Source: Myxococcales bacterium
GTDB taxonomy: Bacteria; Myxococcota; Myxococcia; Myxococcales; 40CM-4-68-19
Direction: 5' to 3'
Length of the DNA stretch: 64,000 nt
NCBI GenBank assembly: GCA_036513415.1
Contig: DATBZA010000033.1
Coordinates: 5,344-69,343 of the forward strand
Below are positions 57,557 to 64,000 of the stretch, piece after piece. How positions within the stretch are numbered: the stretch's first letter is position 1; each line of letters starts with the position of its first letter. The translations under genes were made by a program, and so were the position numbers. The notes under the pieces are model-generated. The model was not told the DNA's origin. It made no database searches and saw only the letters and a program-made list of their open reading frames with translations.

Positions 57557-57745
57557 CGCTTGCGCTTGCCGAGCTCACGTTCCACCACCTCGTCCAGATC
57601 CCGGTCGGAGACGACGCGTCCCGCCTCGGCATCGGCGAGCCCTTCTCGGACGGCCTCGCGGAAACGTTCACGGTAAGTGAGGCGGTCGAACTCCTCCGGT
57701 GAGAGCAGCACCGCGGCGGGCCGGCCGTTCTGGGTGATGATCGCG
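57553..57745 (-). pseudogene. Phd/YefM antitoxin, N-terminally truncated
   Basis: IITQNGRPAAVLLSPEEFD...REGLADAEAGRVVS; no own start codon, abuts the SWIM gene stop; ATGA overlap with the toxin. Confidence 0.75.
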
Positions 57746-58483
57746 TTACCGTCCGCTGCGGCGCGGCCTCCGATCCAGTTCGATCCCGAAAATTCCCTCC
57801 AGGGAGCCCGTGTCGAGAGCCTCCTTCGCTCGCGGGGCGCGGCGGAGCGCGCTTCTTGCAACCAGCTCCTCGAGGGCCACGCTGCGCAGCGTGAAGAACA
57901 GCTCGGGCTTCTTGTCGAGCCGCGCGCCGACTGCGTAGAGCACTGCCGCGATGTGCTTGCAGAGCAAGGCGAAGTCGGGGCACGAGCAGGTGAAGTCGAT
58001 CTCCTTCGGCGCTGGAAAGAGCCCCGCGCGCCGGTCGACCAGCGCTTCCAGCACCGTCTCGGACAACTTTCCCTGAAGAAGGCCGACCACGGAGTCGATG
58101 CGTCCCGCACAGCGCTTGATCACCGCTCCCCAGCGCTTGCCGGCGAGCTTGTCGATCCGCACCGACACCTCGTAGAGCGAGCTGCCGGCCACCAGCGCGT
58201 CGATCTGCCCGGCGCCGAGCCGCAGATCGACCACTGCCCCGCTGCGCACGTACGTGCGGCCGCGGGGAAGCCGGTTGCTGAAGTCCATGTATGACTCGAG
58301 GTTCTTGCACCACTCCTTGCCCCAGAACGAGCTGGCGATGCGCTGCCCCTCCAACCTCACCGGTTCCAGCACGCGGCCACGCTTCTCCAGCTTCCTTGCC
58401 TGCAAGAGCGCCTTGGCGCGGCGCTCTCCGACCGAGACGTACCTGGGGAATCCGCCGTAGCCGTCGAAATCGTAATCAGCCAT
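57746..58483 (-). CDS. SWIM zinc-finger protein
   Basis: NRLPRGRTYVR, CSCPD...CKHIAAVLY, PELFFTLR. Confidence 0.92.
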   Translation of the reverse strand: MADYDFDGYGGFPRYVSVGERRAKALLQARKLEKRGRVLEPVRLEGQRIASSFWGKEWCKNLESYMDFSNRLPRGRTYVRSGAVVDLRLGAGQIDALVAGSSLYEVSVRIDKLAGKRWGAVIKRCAGRIDSVVGLLQGKLSETVLEALVDRRAGLFPAPKEIDFTCSCPDFALLCKHIAAVLYAVGARLDKKPELFFTLRSVALEELVARSALRRAPRAKEALDTGSLEGIFGIELDRRPRRSGR

Positions 58484-58495
58484 CGCCCTTCCTGG

Positions 58496-61135
58496 TCAGG
58501 CCGCGTCGTCGAGCGCGCGGTCGAGATCGATGGAAACCGTTCGCAATAGATCAGCGTCGCTCATCTCCGTCAAATGCGCCTCGGCGCCGCCTTCGAGCAG
58601 CTCGCCCGCCAGGGCCCGTTTCTCGGCCAGCATGGCGTCGATCTTCTCCTCCACCGTGCCGCGGCAGACGAACTTGTGCACCAGCACGTTCCGCTTCTGG
58701 CCGATGCGGAAGGCGCGATCGGTGGCCTGCTCCTCGACGGCAGGGTTCCACCAGCGGTCGAAGTGGACGACGTGCGAGGCGGCAGTGAGATTGAGGCCCG
58801 TGCCACCCGCCTTGAGCGAAAGCACGAAAAAGGGCGCCTCGCCGGCCTGGAAGCTCTCTACCAGCGCCGCCCGCGCGCGCACCTTGGTCTCGCCGTGCAG
58901 AACGAGGCCGGGCGCGCCGAACACCTGCTCGAGAAACGCCGCCAGCGGCTCAGTCAGCTCGCGGAACTGCGTGAAGACCAGCACCTTCTCCTGACGCGCG
59001 GCAATCTCCTCGCAGAGCGCCGAGAGCCGCGCGAACTTGCCGCTGGCTTCGGGGACATAGTCTCCGTCGCGCAGCCACTGCGACGGATGGTTGCAGATTT
59101 GTTTGAGCCGGATCAACGAGGCCAGCACCAGCCCGCGCCGCTTCATCCCGTCGGCGCCCTTGAGCGACTGGGTCAGCTCCTCGACGGTCTTCTGGTAGAG
59201 GGCCGCCTGCTTCCTGGTCAGGGCGCAGAATGCGGTCATCTCCGTCTTGTCGGGCAGATCGCGGATCACGTTCTTGTCGGTCTTGAGCCGGCGCAGGAGA
59301 TACGGCCGCGTCAACTCGCGTAGCGGGCCATATCCTCGATTCTCCAGTTTCTTGATGAACCTCCCGAATGCCTGGGCCGACCCGAGCAAGCCGGGGTTGA
59401 GGAAGTCGAAGATCGACCACAGATCGAGAGGCCGGTTCTCGACCGGAGTGCCGGTCAGCGCGATCCGCACGCGCGCCTTCAGCTCCTTGACGGCGCGGGT
59501 CTGGCGCGCACCGGGATTCTTGATGGCCTGCGCCTCATCGAGGACGGCCACGTCCCAGTCGGCGGATGCGAGCGCGGGCTTGCGCAGCAGCATGCCGTAC
59601 GTCGTGATGATCAGATCTGCATCTTCTGCCTGTTCCTCATGCGCCGATGGATGCTCCACCCGGATGCGCAGCGTCGGCGCAAACCGCGCGATCTCCGCGC
59701 TCCAGTTTCCCAGAAGCGACGCCGGCGCGACCAGCAAGCTTGGGCCTGGGGCCTGTCCCGCTTTCTTGCGCGCCAAGAGGAACGCAAGGACCTGCAATGT
59801 CTTGCCGAGACCCATGTCGTCCGCCAGGCACGTCCCGAGGCCCAGCCCGGCGGCGAAGGAGAGCCATCGCACGCCGACCTCCTGGTACGGCCGCAGCTCG
59901 GCGCGCAGCTCGGAGCCGGGAAGGAGCTTTCCCAATGCGTCCGGGCTGCGCAGGCCGGCGAGGGCCTGTGCGAGCCAAGGGCCGGCGCTGACGCGCGACC
60001 AGTCGGCCACGTCCGGTTCCAGCGGCGCCGCCGCTTCGCCCTCGGCTCCAGCCAGCAACCGCATCGCCTCGAGGAGAGAGAGCCCACCGCCGCGAGCCGC
60101 GCGCTGCGCCTCCTTCCAGTGTGCGAGGACCTGCTCGAGCTTGTCCCGATCGATCTCCACCCAGCGTCCGCGAACCAGCGCGAGCCCATGGTCCTGCGCC
60201 GCCAGCGCCCTCCATTCCTTCTCGCTCAATGGCTCGCCGTCGAGGGCGAGTCGGACATCGAAATCGACGAGCGCATCGAGCCCCAGCCTGGCCGGCTTGC
60301 GCCCGCCCAGCTTCACTTCGACACCCACGCGAGAGCGCTTCTTCCACCAGTCAGGAACGCGGACGACGATGCCCGCTGCCTCGAAGGCGGGCACCTCGCG
60401 CAGGAAACGGAGCGCCTCGGCGGGTGTCCAGGCCAGGGTGCGGAACAACTTCCCGTTGTCCACCAACTCCTTGGCCAGCGCGCTCTCCTCCGAAGCGCGC
60501 TGCACGGGCAGCAGGAGGGCGAGGAGGGCGCCCTTGTCAGAGGCGAAGTCGCGCACGGCCTGGCCGAGCGGCCGGTGCTGCGGCTGGGCCCTGCTCGACA
60601 AGCGCGTCGTATAGGTGGCGAGAAACGCGAAGGGCCGTTCCTCGTCGGCCTTGTTCTCGGCGAGATGGAAGCAGACGCGACCGACCACGTTCCAGGCGGC
60701 GTGACGGTCCTTGAACCACTGATCGAGCGAGGTGTCTCGCAGCTCGCTGCGCAGGGCGGCGTCCAGATCGCTCCAGAGCGCTTCAAGCGTCGCGGGGCGC
60801 AGGTATTCGCCGCCGGACATCGGCGGTACCTGCGAGACCAGCCGAGCCAGCTCGTCTGGCGGCGCTTGGTTACTGGCGGCCTCGGGAGCGGCGCACGCGC
60901 GGGCGAGAAAGAGCGCGCCCATGTCGCGGAAGAAGGCCACGCTCGGCGGCAAGCTCTCGCCAGGGTGGCGCGCCGCGAGTTGGAGGATGGCGAAGCCAGG
61001 CCCGTGGGCGAGGTTGGACGTAAGCTCGCGCGCCAGGGCGGCCGGCGCGCAGCCTTCGAGCGAAGGCCTCGCGTCAAGGTGCACTGCGCCCGAGGGCGAG
61101 ATCGCGAGCGCGAGCGGGATCAGGTCTTCGGCCAC
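58496..61135 (-). CDS. SNF2-family (SF2) helicase/ATPase
   Basis: LRPYQ, LADDMGLGKT, DEAQ, TGTP.EN, LRRLK, GGTGLNL, WWNPAVE.QATDRAFRIGQ. Confidence 0.95.
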   Translation of the reverse strand: MAEDLIPLALAISPSGAVHLDARPSLEGCAPAALARELTSNLAHGPGFAILQLAARHPGESLPPSVAFFRDMGALFLARACAAPEAASNQAPPDELARLVSQVPPMSGGEYLRPATLEALWSDLDAALRSELRDTSLDQWFKDRHAAWNVVGRVCFHLAENKADEERPFAFLATYTTRLSSRAQPQHRPLGQAVRDFASDKGALLALLLPVQRASEESALAKELVDNGKLFRTLAWTPAEALRFLREVPAFEAAGIVVRVPDWWKKRSRVGVEVKLGGRKPARLGLDALVDFDVRLALDGEPLSEKEWRALAAQDHGLALVRGRWVEIDRDKLEQVLAHWKEAQRAARGGGLSLLEAMRLLAGAEGEAAAPLEPDVADWSRVSAGPWLAQALAGLRSPDALGKLLPGSELRAELRPYQEVGVRWLSFAAGLGLGTCLADDMGLGKTLQVLAFLLARKKAGQAPGPSLLVAPASLLGNWSAEIARFAPTLRIRVEHPSAHEEQAEDADLIITTYGMLLRKPALASADWDVAVLDEAQAIKNPGARQTRAVKELKARVRIALTGTPVENRPLDLWSIFDFLNPGLLGSAQAFGRFIKKLENRGYGPLRELTRPYLLRRLKTDKNVIRDLPDKTEMTAFCALTRKQAALYQKTVEELTQSLKGADGMKRRGLVLASLIRLKQICNHPSQWLRDGDYVPEASGKFARLSALCEEIAARQEKVLVFTQFRELTEPLAAFLEQVFGAPGLVLHGETKVRARAALVESFQAGEAPFFVLSLKAGGTGLNLTAASHVVHFDRWWNPAVEEQATDRAFRIGQKRNVLVHKFVCRGTVEEKIDAMLAEKRALAGELLEGGAEAHLTEMSDADLLRTVSIDLDRALDDAA

Positions 61136-61162
61136 TGGGCTCGCTTATCATCGCCCCCTGAC

Positions 61163-61816
61163 ATGAAGGAACTGGTCGTCATCTCTCCGCTGAGCGATTG
61201 GACCTGCCGCGAGTGCCAGGGGAGCGGGGACCTGCTCGTGATGGAGGGGCCAGGACCGCTCTGCCTCGCCTGCGCGGAGCTGGACCATCTCGTCTTCCTC
61301 GGCCGTGGCGACGCCGCGCTCACGCGCCGGGCCAAGTCGGCGAGCAGGCTTTGGGCGGTGGTGATCCGCTTCAGCCGATCCCGCAAGCGATACGAGCGGC
61401 AGGGCCTTCTGGTCGAGGAGCATGCGCTGAAGAAAGCGGAGGCGGAATGCCTGGCGGACGCCGAGCTGCGCGCGCAGCACAAGGCGCGCGATGCCGAACG
61501 CCGGGCCGATCAGGACGAGGCGCTGGCGCGGTCGATGGCCGAGGGCATCCGGAGGCTCTTTCCGCGCTGCCCGCCGGAAGAGGCGGAGGCCATCGCGCGG
61601 CATGCGACGCTGCGGAGAAGCGGCCGGGTCGGAAGGACTGCGGCGGCGAAGGAGATGGAAGAGCGACCCTTGGTCCTCGCGGTCGTTGCCGCCGTCCGTC
61701 ATGGGTGCACGCGATATGACGATCTGTTGATGAGCGGAATGGAGCGGAGCGAAGCGCGCGCGGGCGTGCGGGACGAGGTAGAGCGAATCCTGGCTGACTG
61801 GCGCGGCGGAGACTGA
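61163..61816 (+). CDS. DUF2293 domain protein with N-terminal CxxC..CxxC
   Basis: CREC...CLAC, GDAALTRRA, YERQG, LFPRCP, SGRVGRTAA, AVRH..TRYD.L. Confidence 0.85.
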   Translation: MKELVVISPLSDWTCRECQGSGDLLVMEGPGPLCLACAELDHLVFLGRGDAALTRRAKSASRLWAVVIRFSRSRKRYERQGLLVEEHALKKAEAECLADAELRAQHKARDAERRADQDEALARSMAEGIRRLFPRCPPEEAEAIARHATLRRSGRVGRTAAAKEMEERPLVLAVVAAVRHGCTRYDDLLMSGMERSEARAGVRDEVERILADWRGGD

Positions 61817-62060
61817 ATCAACCGCGCACGCTGCCGAGTCGTTCCTGCCGAATCTGGGATTCCCCCGTCCCCTAGCGCAGTCACCATCATCGAGATCGCG
61901 AGCGACGAGCCGCGGCGACCGCGCAGACCGTGCTTCCGGGAAGCACGCCCGAAGCACGGTCGTCGACACTAAAGCGATTCTCACCTCGTCATATCGGATG
62001 GTGCGAGGCGTGCCGGCCAGACCGTGGACGCACAGATTGCTTGCGTTCGGGGGGGACGAT

Positions 62061-63503
62061 ATGCGGAACGGTTGGGGCGGGGTGGGGCGCAAGCGCGGAC
62101 TCGGGCTGGTTGTCGGAACCACGACAATCTGGATGATCGCCGCGTGTGGTGGTTCGCCCACCGGCAGCACCTCGGGGGCGACTCCCGCCGGTCAGGAGCA
62201 GTCGCCGGCGTCCCCAGGACCTACGCCTCCACCGGCGCCCGTCCCCGTTCCCGCGCCTCCGGTCGCGGCGCTCTGCGCGGACGATTGCCGCGCCTCCGTC
62301 GACGAGGTCATCGCGGGGACTGCCGCGACCCGCAACCTCGAATCGCTCGGGTTCGTCCTCGATCAGGGCGGTTCGCCGCATGTGGTTTCACCGGCGGACG
62401 CAGGCAACTGTGCCGCTGGTAACCCCGCAATCGAAGCCGTTCGCGGTGGGTCGGGATGGAGTCTTTCCGTCCGGCCATGGGATCTCGGCGTGGCCCTCGC
62501 TCGCTCCCGTTCGACCCTCGGCTTGTTGACGGACGGCAACTCGCTGCGCTTCTGGCTGTCGACAGGTAATTCCGGATGGGAGAACGTCGAGGCTCCGCCC
62601 ATTGGCGCCGCCTGGCGCAGCACGCTCACGGGCGATTCTTCAGGTCGCTTTCATCTCATAGGGGCCGTGGTGGGCAGCGACGTTCCCGTCTATGCGGTCC
62701 GCGACGGAACTTGGAGGATTTCGCCGCTCGCACTGTCAACCGAGGAAAGCGGCGCACTGACACCGTTCTCGTTCTTACTCTCGATGGCCTTGACCGTCGA
62801 CGCTTCAAACGACGCGCACGTCGCGTATTGGTTCCAGGGCAAGGACAACGCCGTCAACACGCTTTGTGTCGGCACTCCTCTCGGTACGCGCATGGCGGCG
62901 ATGACGGGGCGCTCGTTGTCGAATCAGGCGGGCATCGCGCTTGCGGTGGCCAGCGACTCGGGCGTCGACGTTTCGCACGTTCTCGCGGTCCGGTTGAGCG
63001 GGCCGAACGCGGACCCGATCCTCGGGCCACAAGAGCTTGTCTACGCGACCGACCGCGGAGGAGCATGGACTTCCGCGGTGGTAGCGACGGGATCGGCGCA
63101 GTCGCATTGCGTCTATGCCGCAGACGGCACCCAGACGTGCCAGATGGATGAGCTGAACCTGTTCCCAATCGCCGTCGTCACGAGAGGCTCCGACGTGCGC
63201 CTCCTCTATACGACCGACCATCTCACCGGCACGGTGATCACTGGTTGCCACGGAGCCGTGTGCGGAACCTCGGGTGGAACGAGGACCCAGGACTTGATGA
63301 TCGGGTGGGTTGCGGACGGACAAGTCCACACGCGGCGGATCGCTGCTGGGTTCGTACACTCTCCCGGCGATGCCTTCTCCGGTCGCATGCGGCCATATGC
63401 GCACGTGCAACTCGACCACGAGGGCCGCATCCACATCGTTGGAGAACAAACGGTCGCGGGCGTGAGCTGCGGTTCGCTGCTTCGATACGTCGTCATCGAT
63501 TGA
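62061..63503 (+). CDS. putative lipoprotein with beta-rich repeats
   Basis: IAAC lipobox, Pro-rich linker, repeated D..G..H(V/I) units. Confidence 0.7.
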   Translation: MRNGWGGVGRKRGLGLVVGTTTIWMIAACGGSPTGSTSGATPAGQEQSPASPGPTPPPAPVPVPAPPVAALCADDCRASVDEVIAGTAATRNLESLGFVLDQGGSPHVVSPADAGNCAAGNPAIEAVRGGSGWSLSVRPWDLGVALARSRSTLGLLTDGNSLRFWLSTGNSGWENVEAPPIGAAWRSTLTGDSSGRFHLIGAVVGSDVPVYAVRDGTWRISPLALSTEESGALTPFSFLLSMALTVDASNDAHVAYWFQGKDNAVNTLCVGTPLGTRMAAMTGRSLSNQAGIALAVASDSGVDVSHVLAVRLSGPNADPILGPQELVYATDRGGAWTSAVVATGSAQSHCVYAADGTQTCQMDELNLFPIAVVTRGSDVRLLYTTDHLTGTVITGCHGAVCGTSGGTRTQDLMIGWVADGQVHTRRIAAGFVHSPGDAFSGRMRPYAHVQLDHEGRIHIVGEQTVAGVSCGSLLRYVVID

Positions 63504-63690
63504 ACGGCGCGAGGCCTGCGCGACCGGCCGCCGTCACCCGGGCTCGCCGCACGGCCTGCACTTTTGCAGGGTGAAAGCTTCGCCTTGCGCTCGCGCCGCG
63601 CCAGCCAACCGCGTTCCGATCGGGGAATGCAATCGGACCCGATCGGAGATCGTCCGCATCGCGGCACTCGAGGATCCTGGAACGCAGCCC

Positions 63691-64000
63691 GGCTGCAGGC
63701 GCGCCGGCATCGACCGCTGCTCGCCGAACGACCTGCGCCGCACCTACGGCCGCTGGATGCGCATCGCCGCCTTCCCCGACGAGATCATCGCGCCGACGAT
63801 GGGCCACGCCGACACCCGCATGCTGGAACGGGTCTACGGCAAGCTCTCCCCCGAAGAGCTCAGTCGGCGCCTGCTCTTGCACGCGCGCGCGGCCCTTCCG
63901 GACTGCATCGCTAATGCATCAGTTGGAACCGAAATCGACGGAATTTCCAGACAGGCTGGACTTGCTCGAACCGCTAAGTCTGCGCGATTGGTGCCCAGGG
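63691..64000 (+). pseudogene. C-terminal remnant of a tyrosine recombinase/integrase
   Basis: Frame absent from the ORF track: CRRAGIDRCSPNDLRRTYGRW...MGHADTRMLERVYGKL; open to the window end through the att core. Confidence 0.8.
63989..64000 (-). tRNA. probable 3' end of intact tRNA-Phe (rest lies beyond the window)
   Basis: Reverse strand CCCTGGGCACCA identical to the 3' end of the fragment at 53433; only 12 nt visible. Confidence 0.55.

Larger units (their letters stand above)
53433..64000. mobile_element. genomic island integrated at the tRNA-Phe 3' end (degenerate)
   Basis: Direct repeat TGGTGCCCAGGG at both ends, integrase remnant at the right end, TA/helicase cargo. Confidence 0.8.

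Noticed and set aside
59639..61162. 725-aa version of the DUF2293 ORF
   Set aside because: Upstream part is antisense to the SNF2 gene
1..64000. CRISPR array, rRNA or intact IS element
   Set aside because: No regularly spaced repeat-spacer units, rRNA-like stretch or transposase motif seen by eye

Overview
GC-rich bacterial chromosomal window, most likely Myxococcota: it has a MYXO-CTERM motif, an FHA-GGDEF protein, a Hanks kinase and an NDLRR-type integrase remnant. Bases 1-33.8 kb are an accessory stress/detox region: vapBC, a TetR-controlled ABC exporter, an ECF42-like sigma factor with several YciI/DGPF proteins and three matching promoters, a stand-alone LigD polymerase domain, an AlkZ-like glycosylase, DoxX proteins, a GHKL ATPase, SDRs/ADHs/hydrolases and a fructose-type ABC operon. 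Bases 34.1-42.5 kb form a signalling/adhesion cluster: a pseudo-receiver adenylate cyclase, an RHH-like regulator, an FHA-GGDEF protein, a single ORF resembling a TraA-TraB fusion with an internal MYXO-CTERM, and a Ser/Thr kinase ending in a TrbI/VirB10-like domain. Bases 42.9-48.4 kb are an inositol uptake operon with iolI and iolG. Bases 53433-64000 are a decaying genomic island bounded by a duplicated tRNA-Phe 3' end. It carries a UvrD-ankyrin helicase with a RelE-like N-terminus, broken toxin-antitoxin modules, a SWIM-SNF2 pair, DUF2293, a lipoprotein and an integrase remnant whose reading frame runs through the att core. All family calls come from reading motifs by eye; no database searches were run.
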